DNA of 52,849 nt from positions 1-52,849 of the IMG/VR virus record IMGVR_UViG_3300025459_000009; one strand, given 5' to 3'. The notes beneath the pieces are model-generated. The model was given only the letters and a program-made list of their open reading frames with translations. It was not told the origin of the DNA and ran no database searches. Origin of the DNA: a virus. Lineage: Duplodnaviria > Caudoviricetes. A program made the translations under genes and the position numbers. Below, one piece after another: positions 36,324 to 46,009 of this stretch (the first letter of the stretch is position 1; each line of letters begins with the position of its first letter).

Positions 36324-36647
36324 CTAGTGGACTACGCAAACTGGATCAGGGTTTGCCCCTGTTCGATAAAGGTTGCCTGCGACTAGCCCGCCTGAGATTG
36401 CGGCTGCGTTGTTCGCATAAACTGGAAGATTGAGACTGAGGACCGCTGGGAGTCCGGCGTTCACCCAATAGTACCCGTTCCACACGAGAATATCACCCGG
36501 AACCAGACTGATGATCTCTGATTCTGCTTCGGTGATCAACGGTGCGGGGACGTTGACAGACATGTTGCCGGAACCGTCCGTTTGCCAAGTGCCATTGACA
36601 GTGTTCGCTGGGGGTGCTGGTGTGCTGCTGCTGAAATTGGTTGACAT
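36324..36647 (-). CDS. small fibre-like structural protein
   Basis: GDILVWNG..WVN; YANNAAAISGGLVAGNLYRTG. Confidence 0.6.
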   Translation of the reverse strand: MSTNFSSSTPAPPANTVNGTWQTDGSGNMSVNVPAPLITEAESEIISLVPGDILVWNGYYWVNAGLPAVLSLNLPVYANNAAAISGGLVAGNLYRTGANPDPVCVVH

Positions 36648-36967
36648 TAGTTTCCTATCAGTTCCCCGTCCATACGGATACCGAGGAAGTCATCGGTCCC
36701 GTAGTTGGTCGTAATTGCCGTGCCACACAGTATTAGGTAGTCGGCACTCACGCCAACACCATCGACAGTGATTGCCGACCCCGGACCTTGGGTCCAATGG
36801 ATCGTGTTAGTCGCTGAGTCGAATGCAGGAACGTCGCCCTGCGCGGGTTGATTGTCAATCGGGTATGTTTGGATGCCGATGACTTCAACCGCGACTTGGC
36901 CCGCCTCTGCGGATATGTCACCCCTCAATGGGAAGAGACTTGCTGGATAAGTCATGCGATTAGACAT
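36647..36967 (-). CDS. small structural protein
   Basis: LRGDIS..VIGIQ..P fibre-type motif. Confidence 0.55.
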   Translation of the reverse strand: MSNRMTYPASLFPLRGDISAEAGQVAVEVIGIQTYPIDNQPAQGDVPAFDSATNTIHWTQGPGSAITVDGVGVSADYLILCGTAITTNYGTDDFLGIRMDGELIGN

Positions 36968-36968
36968 G

Positions 36969-37640
36969 CTAGCTCTCCATAGGCACAAATTGTATAGTCA
37001 CTGTGACTGGCGTCTGTATCAGTGGGTTCGTATTTATAACTGAAACATATAGCAGATTCGATTGCGGGTTCAGTTGATTTGCCCCACACACATTCTGAAA
37101 ACCCCACGTATATGGGGCCGTGTCAAATGTCACACAAGCAATTATGCCTGCCGTAGTCTCAGGGGGAACTGGAGCATCTGTTGCTCGATACGCATCTATT
37201 GATTGTGCGGTTGGAGTACCATAAAGCCGGACCTCGCACGCACGGTTTACACTGATCGAGAGAAGTTGAAAAGATTCAGCCATGACGACAGACCCAGAAA
37301 AAGATGTTAAAAGAGTAGCCGTTGTGACTGTAGCTGTCGCTGACGCAAGAGCGGCGGTCGATGAAGATGAAGAGGATGAAGACGACGTTGACGCAGCAGT
37401 CGTTGCGGTAGCTGCTCCTGCTGTCTGCTGTGGTCGAGGCCAAATTCGAATCTTGGGCGTATTACTTTCTGCCAGTCGAATCGAGTCTGGGTCTTGGTTG
37501 AACGATGGGAGGATAAACCTCATGTTCGCATTAGGTGAAGGGGTTGGGGGCTGTACTGATACAGCCATGGGTGCCCCTGGTACGGGTACATAGTTAGACA
37601 TGTTCTTTGCGGATTGGATTGCATCACGAAGACTCGGCAT
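36969..37640 (-). CDS. structural protein with Ser/Thr/Ala linker
   Basis: Late-operon ORF. Confidence 0.55.
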   Translation of the reverse strand: MPSLRDAIQSAKNMSNYVPVPGAPMAVSVQPPTPSPNANMRFILPSFNQDPDSIRLAESNTPKIRIWPRPQQTAGAATATTAASTSSSSSSSSSTAALASATATVTTATLLTSFSGSVVMAESFQLLSISVNRACEVRLYGTPTAQSIDAYRATDAPVPPETTAGIIACVTFDTAPYTWGFQNVCGANQLNPQSNLLYVSVINTNPLIQTPVTVTIQFVPMES

Positions 37641-37665
37641 TGATACCCTCTTGATGGGTTAGAAC

Positions 37666-37694
37666 GGGGTAGGTTGTTATAGGCAACCTACCCC
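37666..37694. terminator. 11 bp hairpin after the nozzle gene (terminator or processing site)
   Basis: GGGGTAGGTTG/CAACCTACCCC; weak U tract. Confidence 0.45.
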
Positions 37695-37719
37695 TACTCT
37701 CGGGTAACTAGTCCGAGGA

Positions 37720-40700
37720 CTATCCTTCTTGGACATAAAATCCAAAAATGGTAAACGTCTGCAACTCATTGATGGCGGCTTCTGCTGGCCATTGAACGAG
37801 TACCTGAATATCCGTACATGCTGCCGATTCTGTCGGCATATCCGACAAGTAGAATCGCTGCGAGTACCATGTTCTCGATACCTTCAACTCAGGCGGGTCG
37901 TTCACCCAATTCTTGAGAATCTCAAATGAACCCTTGTAATAGGGGAGTCCGTCATCAATGAGTAATCCTAGAACCGCAGGAGAACCCGTCTTAACAGATT
38001 TAAGAGTCACAAATAGGATGTTGGCAACCTGTCCGGGCTGTGCGAGCACATAGGAGCCATAGACCGCGTATGCGGGATAGGGCGTGCCTTCCGTGTATTC
38101 GCCAGCAGCCCCACCATCAGTGCTAGACAGAACATCGCGGTTCAGAATATGAACATCCGAGCCACGTGGTCCGACTAACAGGTGATGAACACCGGGTGAC
38201 GTTTCAACAGATTTGATCGCTCCGCATCTGCCAGTATTTGCTAGTGTCGCAAACGGACTCCATAAGGGGCCGGGAGTCTCCGGTGTAGGTGTAGTGATGA
38301 GACGATACCAACCGTTTGTGCCATCTGCTAGGAACCACCCCATGTCCTGTCCGCTCACATAGTGGGCGACGTAGACATTTTGTGGATACCAGTCTTGGCC
38401 GGGTGTACCCGTTCTCATTGCGAGTTGATCTGCGATTGGAACGCTTTCGTGAGAAGCACTGACACCGGGACTTAACACAAGGAATTGGCTGTCCGTCGTA
38501 AAGAAACCGATGGTAGGCCCATGTGTGTCCAAGGCATTATAGCTGCTCAACCCAACTCCGGGCATAAACGGCTGACTAGCTTGAATCTGGTCAGACGAGT
38601 TGATGGGGATTACATGGGTGTCCGATACCGTGAAAACCAGCATGCCAATCGCGGTAGGCACGAGTCTCTTCACGAGTGCGGGCATCTTATCGTAATTGTT
38701 AGGACCAAAACCATTCAGCCCATTCCCCATTGGATCATCCGGACCACTTGTCCAGAACACCGTGTTTCCGATGCTGTACCAAAGGCGGTTGAGATAATAC
38801 GTGAGATTGATCGCACCGGGTAGCGGTGGAGTGTTCTCGAAGGCTTGGGCTGCTTCTGCTTGGGTATCTAACCCGATATCAGGAGTCGTATCTATGTACC
38901 CGTTCAACATGTACTGTGAAAGAGGAACAGTATAGATCGTATTCCCGAAACCCGGAATGAGCAGTTCGGTCGTAAAACCATCTGTGGTTCGGTAGATCGC
39001 AACGTAATCAGCCTGTGGGTCAATTGCGGATGCGATGAGTCCCGAGCCGGGAGCAAAAGTTGGTGCTGCGTTCGTAAGTGGACCGGAGGAGATACTTACC
39101 GGGCCGATGTTAGATACAGTGTTGTCTAACGTGTTGACAAGAGCTAACGCCCAAGTCCAACCCGTCTTGCTGGTCGCAGTAATTTTCCCTGCGGCAGTCG
39201 CAGTCGTCGGCACTGGCCCTTCATTGATCCATGACAAAGGAACGTTCGGATCGAGCGTAATCGCGTTAGGGGTTGTAGACCATGGGGGAGTTGTCGTCCC
39301 GCTTACCCCCGTCGCATAAGCACCTTGCTCATCGCTGAACGTATCAACGATGGCTTGTCCGGGCAACGTATAATAGATGCCGGGTTGTCTGGTGAAAGTG
39401 CTTACAGGTCCGATATTATTCCATGTGTACTGGCCACCTGAATCTGTTGCAGTCTGGGCAAAATAAATCTCAGACTCCGCAGGATTCCACGTCGCTGCCG
39501 TTGGTGAAGTGGCAAACGGCACCCAGATAGGGGCTTGATAAACACCCGGCGACCCTAATGGCGTCGTACCACTAACCGTAGGTTCAACTCCGATATTCAC
39601 GGCGTTGCACGTAAAGTTCATGGTATTGGTGCCTGCGGAAGCCGCGAGCCAATCAATCTCCACAAAATACACACCCGGAGCCGAGAACGTCCATGTAGAT
39701 ACGTCCGTCGTGATCGTTGAAGGATATCCTACAAGATTGTTCGTTCCGCACGGAGTTGGGTATGCTTTGAGAGCTGTAGCATTTTGCCCGAAAGCAGTGA
39801 CGAAGGCTCCAGAGTTCTTAGTCGCCGTTCCGCCCGCTGCGTTGGTAGGTTCAAAGGCATAGAAACCACCACTATTGTGAGCCATGCTAAACGTGTATTG
39901 GCCCGCCGATGGAATTGTAAGGGGAAACCACGCACAATACTGCCAACTGTCCGTATATTCACTAACTTCAAATGCGGTGCCTTGGAAAACGTTACCCGTG
40001 ACCGGGGTGTTGTACAGATATGCATTGTCGAGATGGTAATAATTGAACAGCAAAGACCCCGACATCTGATTAGAATTGGGCGTAGGCGAGGCTGCGTATG
40101 TTATCGTGTCTATTGCCCCCGACGGGGAAACACTCGTCAATGCAAAGTTCTCCGTGTTAGGTGTTTGAGGTAGAGTTCGAGGATACCCATACATGACCGG
40201 AGGGTTTGCGTTACTGACGTTGACCGTTGGCTGGCCGGTGCCACTCGCTTGATTCGTTCGAAGTAACCAGTACGCGGGCTCACCGCCTGCACCATTCGGT
40301 GCAACAATATACGTTCCGCTTACATAATGCTGGTCAGCTACCCATGCGTTTGTGAGAGTCGAGGTTTGGATGCAAGTCCAATACGCCGCACCATCCGCCA
40401 CGATGGTTCCACCGTGTAAGAGAGTGCCTGCGGTTTGTACTTGTATCAAATCTGTTGGATAAGCGAAAGTTGCGACAAATGTGGTATCCGTTGGTGCCGG
40501 GGATGCCAGAACTGTCAATTGAACGCCGTCTAAGAAGGAAGATGGATTCATCCCCTGCAAAGAAACAACATCGCCCGCCGTGAATGGGCTACCTTGTGCT
40601 TCGATAGTAACCGTGATTTTACTTGTGGCCGAAACGATTGCAATCTCTTCAACCGCCACACGAGTCGCTGTTGAAGGTGACGCGGTGAACGGGGGAGTAG

Positions 40701-41985
40701 CAGAAGTGCTCAACTCTCCGGGCGTACTGATTTGCCACAGATATCCAGCACCATCTTGTACGATACTGGCTGGAGAAAAATATGTGTCCTCGACATATCC
40801 CGCGATGGAGCTATTCGCCACATACTTCGGGGCAATTGTCGGGGCTACGATCCCCCAATTCTGGGTCGGAATGCCGCGATTGTACCAGATAATATCTCCG
40901 TCAATCGTGAGACTGCCGCAGAAGCTATTTGACGCCGCTGGAACTGTCGTACCCCAAGTGGGTACAGCCGTACCCGTCGTGAGTCCGACCAGAGTGCTAG
41001 GCATGATCGCGGTAATCGTACCCGCACCTGTGAGTGCGTTCGGGGTGCCACATATCAAGCCGCTCGCTATCTGGAGATATCCCTTGCCTTCGACGCTGGT
41101 CGGAGCAAGAGTTGGTGCAGTAAAATCTGCGATAAGGGTAACTCCACCAGCAGTCGTCGGAGCACTGAGAGTGATGGTCGCTCCGTTTAGGAATGCCGCT
41201 GCGGTGCCTTGGAAACCCCATAGAACGAACTGAGTTCCCGTGTCGATAATAGGGCTGACATCGCCGGGGATGTCGAACATGCCGGGGAACTGCGTGTTAT
41301 CGCCTAGCTGGGCGTCTAGGGTAACCGTCAGAACGTTATCTGCAATCTTGACCGTACTGATCGTTGCGATGAGACATCCGATCATTTGCTGGATGTTCCC
41401 GTTCGGGTCAATCAGGTCTGTATTCATGAACGGATATGCGTCAACGTTTAATCCACTACTATCGTTGGCTATATTGCGAACGAAAAGGGACTGATTCCAT
41501 TTCTTCTGGTCGATGCCGTCGCCAAAATATAATTGCGTTCCGACTTCTTGCATGAAAGACTGACCCGCACCTGTGGATTTCGCCAACACTTCTGTACTTG
41601 TACCATTGTTGTTAGCATACAACGCGGTCGCTGTATCCACCATCGTATCAATCTGTTCCGTCGCTGTTCCCCAGATATCGCTTAAGGATTTGCTGTATCG
41701 AAACTCATCGAACGCGAGAATGTCGGTGTATGTATTAGTTCCATCGTACTGTGGATTACCCGGACGCCGGGTCAGGGTCAAACGGTTAGTGACTTCAACG
41801 TTTGAACCCGCGATCATCGCATCCCCAGAAGGACCGTAGTATTTTTCAGAGATACGCGAAGTGTTAGCATCACGCAACGGGGAACGATTTGTCCAGAGGC
41901 CAGTCGTATTTCGACCCACATATAGAGGAGTAGCCTTCACTCGTTTTTCGGATTGTGCCCCATTTATCTGCAAAGAATTTGACAT
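37720..41985 (-). CDS. tail nozzle/stabilisation protein (P22 gp10/T7 gp12-like) with insertions
   Basis: 1421 aa; LTRRPG near N-terminus, YLNRLWY..VFWT, LLVFT-type beta-propeller strands; follows adaptor genes. Confidence 0.65.
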   Translation of the reverse strand: MSNSLQINGAQSEKRVKATPLYVGRNTTGLWTNRSPLRDANTSRISEKYYGPSGDAMIAGSNVEVTNRLTLTRRPGNPQYDGTNTYTDILAFDEFRYSKSLSDIWGTATEQIDTMVDTATALYANNNGTSTEVLAKSTGAGQSFMQEVGTQLYFGDGIDQKKWNQSLFVRNIANDSSGLNVDAYPFMNTDLIDPNGNIQQMIGCLIATISTVKIADNVLTVTLDAQLGDNTQFPGMFDIPGDVSPIIDTGTQFVLWGFQGTAAAFLNGATITLSAPTTAGGVTLIADFTAPTLAPTSVEGKGYLQIASGLICGTPNALTGAGTITAIMPSTLVGLTTGTAVPTWGTTVPAASNSFCGSLTIDGDIIWYNRGIPTQNWGIVAPTIAPKYVANSSIAGYVEDTYFSPASIVQDGAGYLWQISTPGELSTSATPPFTASPSTATRVAVEEIAIVSATSKITVTIEAQGSPFTAGDVVSLQGMNPSSFLDGVQLTVLASPAPTDTTFVATFAYPTDLIQVQTAGTLLHGGTIVADGAAYWTCIQTSTLTNAWVADQHYVSGTYIVAPNGAGGEPAYWLLRTNQASGTGQPTVNVSNANPPVMYGYPRTLPQTPNTENFALTSVSPSGAIDTITYAASPTPNSNQMSGSLLFNYYHLDNAYLYNTPVTGNVFQGTAFEVSEYTDSWQYCAWFPLTIPSAGQYTFSMAHNSGGFYAFEPTNAAGGTATKNSGAFVTAFGQNATALKAYPTPCGTNNLVGYPSTITTDVSTWTFSAPGVYFVEIDWLAASAGTNTMNFTCNAVNIGVEPTVSGTTPLGSPGVYQAPIWVPFATSPTAATWNPAESEIYFAQTATDSGGQYTWNNIGPVSTFTRQPGIYYTLPGQAIVDTFSDEQGAYATGVSGTTTPPWSTTPNAITLDPNVPLSWINEGPVPTTATAAGKITATSKTGWTWALALVNTLDNTVSNIGPVSISSGPLTNAAPTFAPGSGLIASAIDPQADYVAIYRTTDGFTTELLIPGFGNTIYTVPLSQYMLNGYIDTTPDIGLDTQAEAAQAFENTPPLPGAINLTYYLNRLWYSIGNTVFWTSGPDDPMGNGLNGFGPNNYDKMPALVKRLVPTAIGMLVFTVSDTHVIPINSSDQIQASQPFMPGVGLSSYNALDTHGPTIGFFTTDSQFLVLSPGVSASHESVPIADQLAMRTGTPGQDWYPQNVYVAHYVSGQDMGWFLADGTNGWYRLITTPTPETPGPLWSPFATLANTGRCGAIKSVETSPGVHHLLVGPRGSDVHILNRDVLSSTDGGAAGEYTEGTPYPAYAVYGSYVLAQPGQVANILFVTLKSVKTGSPAVLGLLIDDGLPYYKGSFEILKNWVNDPPELKVSRTWYSQRFYLSDMPTESAACTDIQVLVQWPAEAAINELQTFTIFGFYVQEG

Positions 41986-41997
41986 GATTCAATTCCT

Positions 41998-43032
41998 TTA
42001 TGCTGCGTTCCATCCTGTGAGAAAATACGGCCCGAAACCCAACGGGAATGCCGCGCCAAAACCGCCGCCATTGCCTACAGACGTTGCCCAGAGAGTAGAG
42101 AGACCCCCCGTGTTCGGGTTCCCCGCGTAGCTGGTATACATGTACGCCCCACCTGAATCGTTGGATGCGATAGTACCCGTGCCCCCTGCAGTTCCTTGAA
42201 ACACAAAATAGTAATCATGAGCCGCGTCAATGGCAAGAGAAATGGCATCACTCGTCTTAATTCCCGTCGTGCTGAACAAGGGTATCGCACTCCCACCAAA
42301 AGTGATTGGAGTTATGTCAACCGTCGCTAAAGAACCTTTGAGTGTCCGCAGTATGAACATCTCTGTGATGTGATAGGTGAATGCTGAGGTCACGTCTATC
42401 TGAACTTTCCAGCTAGACGGAGAAGCTACGATAGAATCCGCGAACATGACTTGGCAATATGTCCCCGCTTCCGCGAGAGTGCTACTTCCACCACGTTCCC
42501 AGAAATTCCAAGGAAGGGTGGACACGTTCGAACCAGAAGAACTTCCGCCGCCAGAAGCAACAAACGAAATCTCGCCGCTACCTTCATCGGTCACGGTGAC
42601 GCTGGCTGAATTTACCAGATTCTGAACTGTCTGCGAACTGGCCGTTGTTCCATTGATTTCAAGCAACAGGGGTTGTTGCAATGCGGGAGACCAACTGATG
42701 ACGCTATTCGGTGTCCATGTGCCTACGTCAAAGGTTCCGCTGCCCGTGACTTGCTGGTTGTTCGGACCCCAAACGATCTGGCCTTCTGCGGAATAGACGG
42801 TGACTGTGTAATAGCTATTGATCGGGGACATGACATCATTGCCCCAAACATACTGGCCGTACTCACAATTGCCGGTGCTATCCAAATAAACCTTGGTGAT
42901 GATGCCCGAGCAAACCTGCGAATCGTTGACCGACTCGTCTTGGTTCAACCGCATCGTGAAATAGCCGAGGGCTAAAGGACCGCCTTCTAAATCTTGGAAG
43001 TTCCCACCTACGAGTCTGACTTGTGATGCCAT
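41998..43032 (-). CDS. tail fibre/spike with N-terminal anchor domain
   Basis: GGNFQD..G..VWGND..P..Y.V..Y.AEG..VW module. Confidence 0.6.
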   Translation of the reverse strand: MASQVRLVGGNFQDLEGGPLALGYFTMRLNQDESVNDSQVCSGIITKVYLDSTGNCEYGQYVWGNDVMSPINSYYTVTVYSAEGQIVWGPNNQQVTGSGTFDVGTWTPNSVISWSPALQQPLLLEINGTTASSQTVQNLVNSASVTVTDEGSGEISFVASGGGSSSGSNVSTLPWNFWERGGSSTLAEAGTYCQVMFADSIVASPSSWKVQIDVTSAFTYHITEMFILRTLKGSLATVDITPITFGGSAIPLFSTTGIKTSDAISLAIDAAHDYYFVFQGTAGGTGTIASNDSGGAYMYTSYAGNPNTGGLSTLWATSVGNGGGFGAAFPLGFGPYFLTGWNAA

Positions 43033-43040
43033 GATTGCTC

Positions 43041-44303
43041 CTATAAATTGCTGGGCACCCAAGACCCAATGTCGAACGAACCCATACCGCTAGGTATACT
43101 CATCTGATTATTCCAGACGAGTTCTCCTGCGGCGTTATATGCTCGAACGATGTAAACCGTGGCAGGGGTCAATTGGTCATTCGGCCAGATATACCCTGAC
43201 AAGTTCCCATTAGAGTCCAATGGAAAAGTGATTAGACGCCCTGCGGATATCTGGCAATCGACCGCAGTTGCATCCGTGTTTAGACGAAACGTCACATATC
43301 CGCCCGCCATCGGATTGCCAGCAGCGTCCTGAAAATTCCCGCCAGTGATAAGAATGGTAAAATATGGGGTGTATGTATACGATGCGAACGAACCTGTACC
43401 ACCAGAAGTCGTAACAGAAACCGTACATGCGCCCACTATATTTGCAGGTGTCACACAGGTGATTGTAGTTGAAGATACTACTGCAATCGAGGTCGCTGCG
43501 ACTCCTCCGAAAGTCACCACGGCTCCCGACACAAAATTAGTACCCGTGAGGGTCACCAGAGTTCCACCATTCTGGGTTCCGCTACTTGGTGACACAGAAG
43601 ACACGGTAGGTGTAGGTAGAGTTGTCAGGAATCCAGCGGATACTGCCCCCCAATAAGTAGGCTCAGTTCCCGAAAAAGAGGACGAAGTTGCCCCAGAGGG
43701 AACCGCCAGAGCATATTGCATCTGGCCGACTCCGTAGAGCGTACTTGCGTTAATTCCTAACGTATATCCAGTTCCGGCAGAGATATTGCTTCCAGTATCC
43801 GGTGCGATTAAAGCCGTGATTATTAGGTCTTCGGTACTCGTACTTCCAACAAAAGAAACATGCGGAGTGCCAACAGTCTGACCAGAGTTGACAAAATCAA
43901 ATTTTATGGTGCTCGCATTTGAAAACTCGTAAAGATCAAATTCAACATTGAGAGTCGTAGCCGCTACGGTACTGAGTTCCAAAGTGATCGTCTGCGAGGG
44001 ACTCATGGATGGGGCATTATTGATGTAATAGATTGCGACGGTGCCCGCACCACCATCTACAGCATTTCCAAAAGATGCTTGATTGGCTTTCGTCCATGCC
44101 GTTGAGTAACCGCCAGAATTCACTGGGGTGTGTATCGTCGGATTCCCCGCATAGGAATAACTTGTACCATAAGCAACCAAAATGAGCAGATTGCCGTTTA
44201 CTGTGGCATTTGCAAACCCCGCAGCACCGCTCGTGATGTTACCTGAACCCCCGAGCGTACCTGAACCTGCACCACCTGAACACTGCTGGATTAAAGTCGC
44301 CAT
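43041..44303 (-). CDS. structural protein with IPT/TIG domain and C-terminal anchor-like domain
   Basis: PTVSSVSPSSGTQNGGTLVTLTGTNF..VTFGG..ITCVTP (IPT/TIG). Confidence 0.75.
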   Translation of the reverse strand: MATLIQQCSGGAGSGTLGGSGNITSGAAGFANATVNGNLLILVAYGTSYSYAGNPTIHTPVNSGGYSTAWTKANQASFGNAVDGGAGTVAIYYINNAPSMSPSQTITLELSTVAATTLNVEFDLYEFSNASTIKFDFVNSGQTVGTPHVSFVGSTSTEDLIITALIAPDTGSNISAGTGYTLGINASTLYGVGQMQYALAVPSGATSSSFSGTEPTYWGAVSAGFLTTLPTPTVSSVSPSSGTQNGGTLVTLTGTNFVSGAVVTFGGVAATSIAVVSSTTITCVTPANIVGACTVSVTTSGGTGSFASYTYTPYFTILITGGNFQDAAGNPMAGGYVTFRLNTDATAVDCQISAGRLITFPLDSNGNLSGYIWPNDQLTPATVYIVRAYNAAGELVWNNQMSIPSGMGSFDIGSWVPSNL

Positions 44304-44310
44304 ACTACTC

Positions 44311-45255
44311 CTAGCTCTGTCTAGCCTGCATTCCCTGCTGGCCTTTGGCCGGACCCATTCCGGTAGTCGCGTTCCAGTTGTTCATGAAGATGTTGCGGTC
44401 CTCTTCGGTCAATCCTTCGGCACGAGCGAGCAGGCCCGCTGTGAATTTCGCGTTGGCAATCTGGAATCGAGCATCATCTGCGAAGGCCCAAATGAGCGAA
44501 AGGAATCCCCAACTGTATATGTACTGCATGAAGTCTGGCATTGGTCCCCATGTCTGGTTGACGCTAGTGATCTCTGGGGCTGCAAGTTGTACGTGTACGG
44601 AGACAGGATATGCGGCGTTAGGTGAAGGCATGACCCTGAAAGTCACGTTACCGTTGCCGTCTTCCACGTGCGGTCCTACGAACGTTGGTCGGGCACTCCG
44701 TGAATCGAGTGCGAGATTATCCTTGACTTCCAGTTCAATCCAGTTGTTCGGAGTCTTAGTGATATCTAACACCGATGCGTGCTCTATGTGCGAGAACGCC
44801 GGGGCCGCAATCGTGTAATCTTGCGTCGTCGCGTTGGTGGCCGTACCCGTGTCCGCATGTGACGCATAGTTCTGAAAATTCACCTGAGCGGTAAACTGTG
44901 TAGCGGATACTGTTTCGATGACAAGCAGAACGCCATTCAAAAACGTAGCATTAGCTAATGCTGATGGGATTATCAGATTGCCCACACCGAAAGTGTTGTT
45001 CGCAGTGACCGTGACTACCCCACCCGAGATGGCGATGTTGGTAATCGGTGCGCTGTTTGCAACCAGCGAAGTGGTGAAGGCCAATTCCTGCGTATTCCAC
45101 CACCAGCAAAAAGGAGGCCCGAGTATTGTTTCCATGACGATGTTGGCGGCTGTGAGGGCTGGCTCTAAATTATTTCCAATGGCAGAATTTCTATTAAAGG
45201 ATAGTTTCTTGCAGAATTCCATCGTGTCATACACCGTCACTGAACTCAACGCCAT
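44311..45255 (-). CDS. head-tail adaptor-like protein, paralog 2
   Basis: SSVTV..AN.VM..PF.W.WN..QDY..RP..MPSPN. Confidence 0.6.
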   Translation of the reverse strand: MALSSVTVYDTMEFCKKLSFNRNSAIGNNLEPALTAANIVMETILGPPFCWWWNTQELAFTTSLVANSAPITNIAISGGVVTVTANNTFGVGNLIIPSALANATFLNGVLLVIETVSATQFTAQVNFQNYASHADTGTATNATTQDYTIAAPAFSHIEHASVLDITKTPNNWIELEVKDNLALDSRSARPTFVGPHVEDGNGNVTFRVMPSPNAAYPVSVHVQLAAPEITSVNQTWGPMPDFMQYIYSWGFLSLIWAFADDARFQIANAKFTAGLLARAEGLTEEDRNIFMNNWNATTGMGPAKGQQGMQARQS

Positions 45256-45949
45256 ATTGTCTCTTTTCCCATCTAGCTTTGGCACCAAGTTTTCCCTGCT
45301 CGCTCATACGCTTTCTCCACTCGGGAGTTTCGCGCAAAGTCTTATTCGCAATAGAAATTTTTTGCTTGGTGGCGTCAGAGCACGGCAGATTTTTATTCCA
45401 AGCGGGAAGTCCTAGATGTTTCTTCCGATTCTTGTCGTTTGCTTCATCCGTGTGACGTTTGCCCTTCATTGGGCTGGGACAGCCTTTCTTGGAGAGGCTA
45501 ATCCTACTGCGCGTTTCAGCGGTGAGTGTAACACCTTTCCGTGGGCTGGTGCGCCCTTTCAGGGATGCTGACATCCTTGCGGTGTGCTCGTCCGACAACT
45601 TCTTATTTTTCCAATAGCCCGCTTTACCAAGATGGGCTTCTCGATTCTTCTGGTTGGATTCAGCAGTGTGCTTTGCGCCTTTTCGAGACGGCGGGCAGTC
45701 GCCGCCATCCGTTAGATTCCGCAAGCATCCCGTTCCAAGGTCTTTCCGACCATAATACGCAATCAGAAATACTTCAGCGAGGTAGGCTTCACTCTCTGAA
45801 GGATGCTCCTGAATTATAATACGGGAGTTATCCCGTGGGCACGGGAAGCGATGCATCTCGCTTGTGAAACCACGATGGTTGATGCCCTTGCCGACGTAGT
45901 AGGGTGTACCGTCTGGTCGCAACCACAAATATGTGTAGAAATTCTCCAT
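45227..45949 (-). CDS. GIY-YIG-like homing endonuclease with NUMOD3 repeats
   Basis: FYTYLWLRPDGTPYYVGKG..E..LIAYYGR..LRNLTDGG plus multiple NUMOD3 motifs. Confidence 0.85.
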   Translation of the reverse strand: MENFYTYLWLRPDGTPYYVGKGINHRGFTSEMHRFPCPRDNSRIIIQEHPSESEAYLAEVFLIAYYGRKDLGTGCLRNLTDGGDCPPSRKGAKHTAESNQKNREAHLGKAGYWKNKKLSDEHTARMSASLKGRTSPRKGVTLTAETRSRISLSKKGCPSPMKGKRHTDEANDKNRKKHLGLPAWNKNLPCSDATKQKISIANKTLRETPEWRKRMSEQGKLGAKARWEKRQYGVEFSDGV

Positions 45950-45955
45950 ATTTAC

Positions 45956-45984
45956 AGTATAGCACGTGCGAACCACCTTGTAAA
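45956..45984 (-). promoter_or_regulatory. sigma70 promoter giving a probable leaderless mRNA
   Basis: TTTACA-17 nt-TATACT with TG; ATG 6 nt downstream, no SD. Confidence 0.6.
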
Positions 45985-46009
45985 GTAGTCGTAAGTTGTT
46001 GATTTTAAA

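Noticed and set aside
37355-37400. Ser-run microsatellite-like tract
   Set aside because: Mixed codons encoding a low-complexity linker, not a slippage repeat
45990-46009. TAAGTTGTTGATTTTAAA motif as a recombination or att-like site
   Set aside because: Single copy noticed and no integrase in the window
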